Shown one piece after another: positions 1 to 8,550 of a stretch of DNA of 15,734 nucleotides (its first letter is position 1; each line of letters opens with the position of its first letter). Origin of the DNA: Paraphysomonas bandaiensis (Eukaryota; Protista; Chrysophyceae). Where the stretch lies: positions 1 through 15,734 of the forward strand of contig CBFFRP010000491.1 in assembly GCA_965644295.1 (NCBI GenBank). Reading direction: 5' to 3'. The position numbers were made by a program, and so were the translations under genes. The notes below the pieces were generated by a model, which had not been told where the DNA came from, did not search any database, and was given only the letters and a program-made list of their open reading frames with translations.

Positions 1-67
1 CATGGCTCTATATTCAACCAGTGGCCTGTAAATGCACATATGTAGCTTCTACAATCACCTATAGTAC

Positions 68-530
68 TGTAGTTGTTCTTAAGAACAACGTATGCTCAAG
101 CAAAAACAACACTGATCTATAACGTTTTAAAAAAGATTTTAAGTGCACGCCAGCGGGCTGCTACACTGTTGAACTCACCAGCGGGTGATGCTCCTCAACT
201 CAGACGCAAACCGCGAAAGAATTTAAATAAATCGTTATTTAAAACGTGTAATAGAAAAGTGAGTAACACTGCTATACAACTCTACAGTAACACACACATA
301 CAACATCATGTTCAGCATTTCACTTCAGCACACAACACACCAGATCAGAAGTATTTTATCCGGTACGTATGTACAGCTTCAACACTCCGTGTATACACTG
401 AAAGAGTAGAAACTGAATATGTAACTGAAAACTGAAAATACAAAAACACTCTGTACGTGTTAGAGAGTACAACAGAAGAGTAACATATAATACTACTACC
501 AACGCAGAAAATAACCAGTACTGCGTTACA
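68..530 (-). repeat. 3' LTR of element 1 (463 bp)
   Basis: Direct repeat of 6379-6840. Differences by eye: A6 vs A5 run near 129-134, C191/T6501, T325/C6635, G404/A6714. TGTA...TACA termini. Confidence 0.97.
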
Positions 531-547
531 CTACCCTCTTTCCCCCC
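531..547 (-). other. Polypurine tract (plus-strand primer) of element 1
   Basis: Minus strand reads GGGGGGAAAGAGGGTAG immediately before the TGTAAC start of the 3' LTR. Confidence 0.92.
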
Positions 548-760
548 AGCTGGAGAAATTAGATTGTGAATACAGACTGTGATTCATGTATGCAAATACT
601 TAAATCAGCCATACTAGATAGCGTCATTCTAAGTATAAACAAACAAAATCAGATTTAAACAGATATTGAGAATAAACTAGATAGACAAGGTAGTATTATA
701 ATAGAAATAAAAGAATATTGCAAATATTATCATATAATATAATAGAAGAATAAAACCTGT

Positions 761-3700
761 TTACAAGAGTATATCAGGAAAACTCTTGCAAAACTCCGCA
801 TCAACAAGCACCATGGTAGACGGATTGAAGTCGAAGCATAGTCCATAGCAGTAAACGTCATACGCACTCCATTCATAGGTAGTGTCGAAGAGTGGACAGT
901 ATAAATCGATGCGTAGACGGCGTTTGCCTGCCCATCGTTTATAACGGCATAATACTACATAATTTGTGACATAGCAATCCGGTAATGATAATGCGTCGTA
1001 AAAATCTGCTCCCCAAGCTCGTAGGTTGATGTACACCTCTTGGCCTGGTTGAACTCCATCAATCTGCTGTTTCCGCATTCGTAGTCGTTGTTCTTTAGCT
1101 TCCTTAGCAGAAAATAAAAGCGGAAATAACGCAGGAACGTCTTTACAATACTGCTGAAAAGCCCGTGCTGTTGCAAGATCGGAATTGTATGGAATCCACA
1201 CTTGTGAATCATCACTAAATAATACGAGAAAATCCATAGTAGATCTCTTTTCAGGATCTCCCCGATACGCCACAATCTTTCGCACTTCATACTGGTTATA
1301 GTCTACTAAAGCAATGCGAAATGCCTCATCATGAGTACCAAAAAATGGTTTAAGCCAAGACATATGAAAGACTACCTCAAATCGCATTACAATATGTGTA
1401 CAGGTGATATCTGCTTTGTACGTAGAGACAACCTCGTATGGACCTTTAAATCTAGGATATAGTTTTGACGGTTTAAATTTCGAAGAATTTGGTTGGAATA
1501 AAACGAGCTGTCCTGGTTGATATTCCGTAAGTGTCTCCGGAGGTGTTTTGGATTTTCTCTTTGCTTGGATCTTGCGTTGAACATCACATGCAATCTCACG
1601 TATAGTTCTCAAATTCTGATTTATAAGAGATAAATACTCCGTAGTATCAACCGAATCTGACACAGCATCTGACAATTTGAAATAAGGTTTGTCTATTGTA
1701 CCAAATGTAAACTCAAAAGGTGACAATCCCGTTTCGCTACTTATTTCATCATTCAGTATGAACTGGATTACCATATAGCACTCCGGCTCTCCCCAGCAAT
1801 CTTGCAACCTTTCATCATGTACAAGAGCACTTAGAAATCGTAATGTCTCTCTATGAGTTCTCTCCACCATGTTGGACTCATGTCTATCTGTCAAAGACAT
1901 TCGAAAACGCACACCAAACCATTTTAACAATAACTGAACAACCTCTGCTGTAATATTCGAACCTGGGTCTGAAATTAACACTTCCGATATTCCGTACGTC
2001 ACGAAATAAGAAAACAACGCTCGCGCTACTCCAACTGCCGTGTAATCAGTTGCTGGATACAGACCAACCAAACGCGATGGCAATTGCTTTACAACATGGA
2101 TGCAACAATGCCCTTTCTTGTCAGGAGGAGACACAGAGAGTGTGTCAAATCCTACATAATGTCTACAATGCTCGGAGTCTAAAGCTCTGATGGGTGCCTG
2201 CAAGGAAGCACTCATTCCCGCATTAAACTTCTGACAAATGGGACACCGATCTATGAAATCTTGTATCACCTCTGTGGTTAACTTGTGACCTGGAAATACC
2301 TTACTCAGCTTTAACCATGTTCGTTTAACTCCATGGTGACCTATCCGACCATTGTGTACTAAGTCGAACGCCTCTTTGGGTGAACTAGGTTTTATACCTT
2401 GAGCCGCTAGTTCATCTAAAGCTGCAAGTATCTCAGCTGGGAACACTGAATAACAAGCTACATCGTCGGTTTCTGAACTCCATTCCCCTACTTGGTTAAG
2501 CTCAATAAGCTGATCATCTGGTAGTAAGTCCGTATTTTCAAACATGACTACTTCACCACATGCGACACTTTCTTCTGGAAAACATTCCATACAAACAGAC
2601 AATAACATAACATGAGCCACAGCCGATTCCTGATCCTTACGAGATAACCAATCAGCAAATCTATTTAACTTTCCCTTGAAGTGAAGCAAGTCGAAATTGA
2701 AATTCTGTATAAACATCCGCATGCGTACTATTCTGTCAACAACCGAAACTTCCATCCATTTAAGATTGGCGTGATCCGTCATGATCGTGAACTTTTTACC
2801 TCTCAAATAATACGACAAGGCATATACACAAAAGAATATTCCAAAACACTCCTTGTCAATAGTGGACCACTTCAATGTTGGTTCCGAAAATTTCTTCGAC
2901 ACCATTGCAATTACTTGATAGAATTCTTGACCATTGGCATCAATGAAAATTTGTAACAACACACCCCCACATGCATAAAACGAAGCATCTGTCATCAAGA
3001 TCCATCTTAAAGAGTAGTCAGGATGATACAGAGTAAGAGATTTTAAAATCGCCTCTTTAAATCTACCAAATTCCTCCCTGTAATTTACTTTCCAACAATT
3101 CTCATTCCAGTCAAAATTCTTCTTCGTCATGTCATGTAACTTATGAGTAAGGTCACTATATAACGGAATAAAAGGTTTAAAATATATTGCCGCTCCAAGA
3201 AATCTCTGCATTTGTTTCGTCTTGTTTTTCCCTTCTGGAAATTCAATTGCAGTTACTGATAATTTTCGGGCCTCAGTTAATTGGTAAGTGTTGTCCTTGC
3301 AAAGATAGCCGAAAAATTCCACTGATGAATAGCCAAATTTGCTTTTCGACAATTTCAACACGACATTATAATAAGTACATTTTTTAATGACCTTCTTGAA
3401 TTTCTCAATAGCATCCTGATAATCATACGCTAACACCAGTAAGTTGTCAAATATCACTACCATCCACTCTGAGAATTCATTGAAAATATCAGACACTACA
3501 TGCATCAAAACTCCACTTGCCGGAGAAACTCCCTCTGGCATAAACTTTGGTTCGAACTGGCCCCATGGAGTTTGAACTGACAACAGTGCTGAAACTGATT
3601 CATGAAGTCTAATACCATGGAAAGCATTACATATATCTAAATCAATGAACACCTTATACCCAGCTGCTTTATGTAATTCTTTTATAACATCTGGTATGGG

Positions 3701-4726
3701 ATAATGCGGACTTTCAATTTCTAAATTAACACGCCTGTAATCACCACATATTCGAATAAAAGGTTTCGTAGCCTTGGGTGCTACTACTATTGGTGATGCA
3801 TAAGGACTCGTACTGGGACGATAAAAGTATCCACACATCCTATTGAACTCCTCCTTAGTACGTTCATATAACATAGGTGGTATCCTTCTCATATTCTTTG
3901 GTTTAATTCTATCAGGAATAGTACTTTTCACCTTTAATTTTAACTCAGGAACATGCTGAATTCCAGTCCACTCTCTAGGAACAAAGACGTCAACTGCATC
4001 CTCTCTCAAAACTCTCAATATATCAGTTTGTTGAGCGAAATCAGGATGTACTTTTGATTCTAGTTCACTAAAATATTTCTCCCTAGCCTCATCCACTGAC
4101 TGTTCCAAAAATGTCACTAAACTTCCAAAACTACATGGTTCGGGAATCATATCATCTTCCTCTGACTGTTCTGGAATTGGATTTTCCCAAGGATCACACA
4201 CTGGTCCTGACGACATATATCTCCTAAGTTCGTCAATGTCTTCACCAATATTGGCAAGAATTTCTATCTCATTTAAATTAACTGATTGCCCCGCACTCAG
4301 TGATGCTTTCTTAATCATGTTCATAAATAACTCGGAAAAATGCTCACAGATTGCCGGTAATCCTATAATAATATCCTTTGCCAAACCGTCCAAAACATAC
4401 AGTGAAAGTTGTGCTTTGTAGGTCTTACCCTCATCTTCAAAAGCAATTGTAACAGGAATATATCCTTTAAGTTCAATCTGATGTCCGTCTGCTACTTTAA
4501 CCCTCAACTTTTTATGTACCATATCCTTTAACAATTTGTCCCCACACTTCTTAACAAAATTTGATGAAATAAAATTATCCGAAGATGATCCGGAATCAAA
4601 TAAAACCATTTCCACATTAATCTTATCACCACAATTATTTATTATCATTCCTTGCCTATGTACAGCATTGCGAAATCTGCTGGAAGTATCATTGTAATCT
4701 CGCATAGCCGCTATCAGTGATTGTGC
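761..4726 (-). CDS. pol: Pol polyprotein of element 1: aspartic protease, reverse transcriptase, RNase H, integrase, chromodomain, extra C-terminal domain (first ATG at 4705; frame open back to the gag TGA)
   Basis: PR LFDSGS; RT SPYASPIVVAPK, RICGDYRRVN, DICNAFH, MPEG, IFDN, FFGY; RH TDAS, KECFGI, TDHANL, ADWLSR; IN HNGRIGH...CPIC, GFD...ISDPGS...MVERTH, GPY; chromo-like YEVRKIVAYR...FLVLF...VWIP. Confidence 0.96.
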   Translation of the reverse strand, partial: AQSLIAAMRDYNDTSSRFRNAVHRQGMIINNCGDKINVEMVLFDSGSSSDNFISSNFVKKCGDKLLKDMVHKKLRVKVADGHQIELKGYIPVTIAFEDEGKTYKAQLSLYVLDGLAKDIIIGLPAICEHFSELFMNMIKKASLSAGQSVNLNEIEILANIGEDIDELRRYMSSGPVCDPWENPIPEQSEEDDMIPEPCSFGSLVTFLEQSVDEAREKYFSELESKVHPDFAQQTDILRVLREDAVDVFVPREWTGIQHVPELKLKVKSTIPDRIKPKNMRRIPPMLYERTKEEFNRMCGYFYRPSTSPYASPIVVAPKATKPFIRICGDYRRVNLEIESPHYPIPDVIKELHKAAGYKVFIDLDICNAFHGIRLHESVSALLSVQTPWGQFEPKFMPEGVSPASGVLMHVVSDIFNEFSEWMVVIFDNLLVLAYDYQDAIEKFKKVIKKCTYYNVVLKLSKSKFGYSSVEFFGYLCKDNTYQLTEARKLSVTAIEFPEGKNKTKQMQRFLGAAIYFKPFIPLYSDLTHKLHDMTKKNFDWNENCWKVNYREEFGRFKEAILKSLTLYHPDYSLRWILMTDASFYACGGVLLQIFIDANGQEFYQVIAMVSKKFSEPTLKWSTIDKECFGIFFCVYALSYYLRGKKFTIMTDHANLKWMEVSVVDRIVRMRMFIQNFNFDLLHFKGKLNRFADWLSRKDQESAVAHVMLLSVCMECFPEESVACGEVVMFENTDLLPDDQLIELNQVGEWSSETDDVACYSVFPAEILAALDELAAQGIKPSSPKEAFDLVHNGRIGHHGVKRTWLKLSKVFPGHKLTTEVIQDFIDRCPICQKFNAGMSASLQAPIRALDSEHCRHYVGFDTLSVSPPDKKGHCCIHVVKQLPSRLVGLYPATDYTAVGVARALFSYFVTYGISEVLISDPGSNITAEVVQLLLKWFGVRFRMSLTDRHESNMVERTHRETLRFLSALVHDERLQDCWGEPECYMVIQFILNDEISSETGLSPFEFTFGTIDKPYFKLSDAVSDSVDTTEYLSLINQNLRTIREIACDVQRKIQAKRKSKTPPETLTEYQPGQLVLFQPNSSKFKPSKLYPRFKGPYEVVSTYKADITCTHIVMRFEVVFHMSWLKPFFGTHDEAFRIALVDYNQYEVRKIVAYRGDPEKRSTMDFLVLFSDDSQVWIPYNSDLATARAFQQYCKDVPALFPLLFSAKEAKEQRLRMRKQQIDGVQPGQEVYINLRAWGADFYDALSLPDCYVTNYVVLCRYKRWAGKRRLRIDLYCPLFDTTYEWSAYDVYCYGLCFDFNPSTMVLVDAEFCKSFPDILL

Positions 4727-6301
4727 TCAAAGGTCATCCAAAGGATTGTCATCCCCTTGTTGATCCTCTTCAACATCAGGTTGATCTCTGGTAAGAATAC
4801 GTACATCACCAGGACGCTTTCTATCCCCAGGATATCTTTTCAATTGAGCTGGAGAATTACTGTATCGACGTTGAGGTGGTGCATTAATACTTGGTTTGGG
4901 CATTACTGTTAACCCCACTCTTTCAGTCATCTTCTTAAGAGCTTCCGTCAAAACAGCTTTATCATGTGAAAATTTACATGACTTATCTTTGCACCCACCA
5001 TCTTGCGTCAATTCTCTAAAACATGGGGAAGATTTCAATACCTCAGCCGCATACAAATCTTCTTCATGTTTCAGTACGTTTTGCTCCTCATCACTAACAG
5101 ATTCTGAGTCAGAAACTTGTTGCTCAATTTGGTGTAGCCGCTTATCTACCGCAGACGATTTTGTTCGAAAATTAAAACGACTTCTGAATTGATTATATTT
5201 TAACGACAAATCCCTAGTAATCTTCAACTGCTTAAAGAATTCTTTCAGAAAAGCTTTTACTGAAGGGAAGTTTTCCGACCTCATAAGTCTCTTAGTAGTA
5301 TCTCTCATACACGCCGGAATAAGACTCATCCACTGTTCCAACGAACCACCTCTCTTAGTCGTTACTAAAGGTATACTCTCATCAAGTTTGTTCATCTTAG
5401 CAGCCTCCTCCAAGAAATCATACCGCTGATTGAACTTCGTTTCCAAAATACAAAGATCCTCATCAACTCGACGGAAATCCTCTAACTTGTCCATTGTTAC
5501 TCTGTACGGCAAACACGATTCGAGCAACATCGAATTAAAATCCATCATATCCAAAGGTCTGAACTGATACTTCGCTGCCTCAATAACTCGCGTTACACTT
5601 GCATCTATGCATTCCAAAGGTTCAGTATAATCATCAGGATATAATTCCATCAACGTAAACCTAATCATTTCCTTAGCCCTGCCTTCCAACAATGTAAACA
5701 CAGAAGGAATTGGTCCATTGTCACGACATTTCTCAAACTCAGCAATTCGTTCCAAGAAAACCAAAAACCCATCTAAAGTAATTTCCGACAACCTTATCTC
5801 CAAGTATGAATCGTCTTCTTTGGTCAACGTAACTTTAGCCTTCGGTTGACGATCAATTTCACGAAGTGCTTCCTGAATAGTCTGACGTTTAGGTCTGACA
5901 GGTGGTCGCTCCTCTTCACTCCTGAGAGCTTGAGTAGCATTCAATACACCCTCACGCACAGCATTCTCTATACGCGTATGCAACAACTCAGGGTCAATAT
6001 ACTGCTGCTCACGTCGCTCAATAGTTGCAGCTACAGGCTGTTCACCATTCCCATGACCATCTAATTTAGACTCTTCAAACGGTATCTCCGAAAGCTGATC
6101 AGCTTGTATAATTTCTGAATTAGCTCTCGATGACCTTCCAGATCTCCTCTGATTGATCTCCTCAAGACTCCGTTGAACATGCTCATTGAACGCCTGTTGC
6201 TGATGAAAACGCTGCTCCATATACTCACGTTGCTCACGCATATACTGCATCAGGTCTTCCAGAGTAAGCTCTGTCTTCGCATCTCCTTCTGCAGGCTCCA
6301 T
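4727..6301 (-). CDS. gag: Gag-like protein of element 1 (524 aa; N-terminal coiled coil, C-terminal CCCH finger)
   Basis: Long ORF between the 5' LTR and pol, in the same frame as pol; contains CFRELTQDGGCKDKSCKFSH (C-x9-C-x4-C-x3-H). Assigned by position; the capsid fold is not recognisable by eye. Confidence 0.88.
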   Translation of the reverse strand: MEPAEGDAKTELTLEDLMQYMREQREYMEQRFHQQQAFNEHVQRSLEEINQRRSGRSSRANSEIIQADQLSEIPFEESKLDGHGNGEQPVAATIERREQQYIDPELLHTRIENAVREGVLNATQALRSEEERPPVRPKRQTIQEALREIDRQPKAKVTLTKEDDSYLEIRLSEITLDGFLVFLERIAEFEKCRDNGPIPSVFTLLEGRAKEMIRFTLMELYPDDYTEPLECIDASVTRVIEAAKYQFRPLDMMDFNSMLLESCLPYRVTMDKLEDFRRVDEDLCILETKFNQRYDFLEEAAKMNKLDESIPLVTTKRGGSLEQWMSLIPACMRDTTKRLMRSENFPSVKAFLKEFFKQLKITRDLSLKYNQFRSRFNFRTKSSAVDKRLHQIEQQVSDSESVSDEEQNVLKHEEDLYAAEVLKSSPCFRELTQDGGCKDKSCKFSHDKAVLTEALKKMTERVGLTVMPKPSINAPPQRRYSNSPAQLKRYPGDRKRPGDVRILTRDQPDVEEDQQGDDNPLDDL

Positions 6302-6378
6302 GACTCTTAAAACAGTTCAAAGGGCTCAATAACACAATGAATGTATAATCTATTGTTCTTATCAACTAGTAATATTAC

Positions 6379-6840
6379 TGTAGTTGTTCTTAAGAACAAC
6401 GTATGCTCAAGCAAAAACAACACTGATCTATAACGTTTTAAAAAGATTTTAAGTGCACGCCAGCGGGCTGCTACACTGTTGAACTCACCAGCGGGTGATG
6501 TTCCTCAACTCAGACGCAAACCGCGAAAGAATTTAAATAAATCGTTATTTAAAACGTGTAATAGAAAAGTGAGTAACACTGCTATACAACTCTACAGTAA
6601 CACACACATACAACATCATGTTCAGCATTTCACTCCAGCACACAACACACCAGATCAGAAGTATTTTATCCGGTACGTATGTACAGCTTCAACACTCCGT
6701 GTATACACTGAAAAAGTAGAAACTGAATATGTAACTGAAAACTGAAAATACAAAAACACTCTGTACGTGTTAGAGAGTACAACAGAAGAGTAACATATAA
6801 TACTACTACCAACGCAGAAAATAACCAGTACTGCGTTACA
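6379..6840 (-). repeat. 5' LTR of element 1 (462 bp)
   Basis: Near-identical copy of 68-530, located 77 bp upstream of the gag ATG and followed on the + strand by the TSD GTAC. Confidence 0.97.
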
Positions 6841-7948
6841 GTACGTAAACAGTGTACACGTGCTTTTCCTGCAATCAGTGGATGTGTCTGCGGCTTCTTT
6901 ACCGTTATTATATGCCTCTGTGTGGTTCATATATCCATTTCCAATTACTGGTGGCTAAGGGTTGCCATAGACCGCCTCTGTCTGGAAGAAGGACCTGTAT
7001 ATCACCTGTCATGACTGTACGTACTGATTACATGATTTTACGGTACCTTCCATTCGATCATCACACTGTGTGGACCCTCGTACTGATGCTGCACAGTCAA
7101 TATACTATATCGCCTCGTACTCTATATCGGCAATTGAAGAAGCAGTGGTCTTTAGCGAGTACAATGGTAATGCATCTCTGGACATATTGTTCAATTTTCA
7201 CGATAATCTGCTCGCTTACAAGTATGTTCGGTATGTGTGCTGCAATCATATTAAGATGGCAGTTAGGAGCGAGCTGCATCTCCTCTCAGCAACCGCACTG
7301 TATACCGTATACACTGTATATGATGTATTTGCAGTATTCCTCTATCGTATGTATGCGTCTATATCACTCGTAGGTATACAGTATCAGTGTACTGTACCCT
7401 ACACTGTATAAATACAGGAAGCGAATACTGAACCAATGCTTTCCCTATTCTCAATGCTGATTGGTCGAGTGTCCATTATTGTTTAGATGAGCAGCAGTTG
7501 AGAGTGTATACGGCAGAGTCCATACATTAATGTGTAGAGTATGAAGAAGAAGAATTCTCCAAGAACATTCATAAATATCGTCACTCCTTCGCAGAAAATT
7601 TGGATTTAGTCACTGTGTGGCTGTCAACGCCCAAGCGCATCGTCATTCTTTTTAGTTAAGCTTGTTCTCTCTTTGTTGGTTGTTGTAGCTCGTCACTTTT
7701 CTGTTTAGTACTGAACTGCATAGCTGGTGAGTTGTGCTTTAGTTTCTTGGGGTGCCGAGAAGCATTTAGTACTGCAGAAGTAGTATAGGTTAATAATAAG
7801 CAACATTCTCTCTCTTAAAGCGAGTTTTAGCTTATTTAGAGTTTGGCTCTCAGGTCCCAACCTGAGTTCCATTGCACCTGGCAAGGTACGTAGGGGTCAA
7901 CCTTCCCTGAAGGCTAGGAATCATGCACGCATACAGGCTTACAATGCT

Positions 7949-8550
7949 ATGGCCATTGAATTGGATCTTGAAGCGCTTTTGTCTCGGTGTCCAGAAGGCA
8001 ACGCTAAAGGTGTAGTCTCAGTACCTTTCTGCCACACGTCTAATCCTGCTTCGTCGACTGAAGTGTGTCCCTTTTTCCTGGATTGGCATGCTGAACATGC
8101 CAATTCTGATAACCCCTTTGTCCACGTGATATCCGGTCCTAATGTTGCTAACCCTGATGGCTCTGGTTCCGAGAAGGGAGTGGGGGCTTCCATTGCTCTC
8201 GCTCCTAGTGATACTGTGCCTGTATGTTTCTATGTGGGTGAGTTGTATACTCGTGCTCGTAGACCTCCTCGTGGTCGTTATACTCTCGAGGTAGCACCTG
8301 GCAGTGGTATCTTTATTGATGCTGAATACGATTCCCGTGATCCTGCGTACCATATGTTCCACGCACCCACTGAATATATGCGTGTGCCTCCTAATTATGC
8401 TCGCTATATCAGGAGGATTTAGCCGCGGGAAAGTAATTCAACTGCCGTTTTGCCGGTTGTCCCTGCGGTCATAATTGTATTGCTGTTTTTGTTACTCGCA
8501 ATATAGCTGTTAATGAAGAATTGTTGATTCCGTATCCCTTGTTGCGTTGA
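7949..8550 (+). pseudogene. Disrupted SET-domain (lysine methyltransferase-like) gene
   Basis: ORF 7949-8422 shows SET motifs in order: KGVGA (GxG), FYVGE (YxGE), RYTLEV, IFIDA, NYARYI (N-x-x-R-F-I-N). The C-terminal half continues in another frame: 8410-8433 QEDLAAGK, TAA at 8434-8436, then 8437-8550 FNCRFAGCPCGHNCIAVFVTRNIAVNEELLIPYPLLR* (RdI..GEEL..Y motif). One frameshift plus one stop. Confidence 0.8.

Larger units (their letters stand above)
68..6840 (-). mobile_element. Full-length Ty3/Gypsy chromodomain-type LTR retrotransposon (element 1)
   Basis: Paired LTRs 68-530 and 6379-6840 reading TGTAAC...ACTACA on the minus strand; GTAC at 64-67 and 6841-6844 (TSD); PPT next to the 3' LTR; gag then pol with PR-RT-RH-IN-chromodomain order, which is diagnostic of Ty3/Gypsy. 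Confidence 0.97.

Noticed and set aside
73-435. 120-aa ORF, plus ORFs 6479-6745 and 6655-6930, in the LTRs
   Set aside because: Non-ATG or incidental starts, no motifs, and the A6/A5 indel breaks the frame between the two LTR copies.
4727-4729. UGA as a sense codon under an alternative genetic code
   Set aside because: No other in-frame TGA occurs in the long gag/pol ORFs, and Trp is encoded by TGG.
955-6064. Short alternative-frame and antisense ORFs overlapping gag/pol (also 8018-8362 and those within 9489-14720)
   Set aside because: Shadow ORFs of long coding regions with no recognisable domains.
6852-7411. Overlapping + strand ORFs (173 aa and 113 aa) with splice-like GTACGT/GTATGT sites
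   Set aside because: Could be host exon fragments, but no motif or consistent gene model can be supported; the distal part is low-complexity TAC/GTA-rich sequence.
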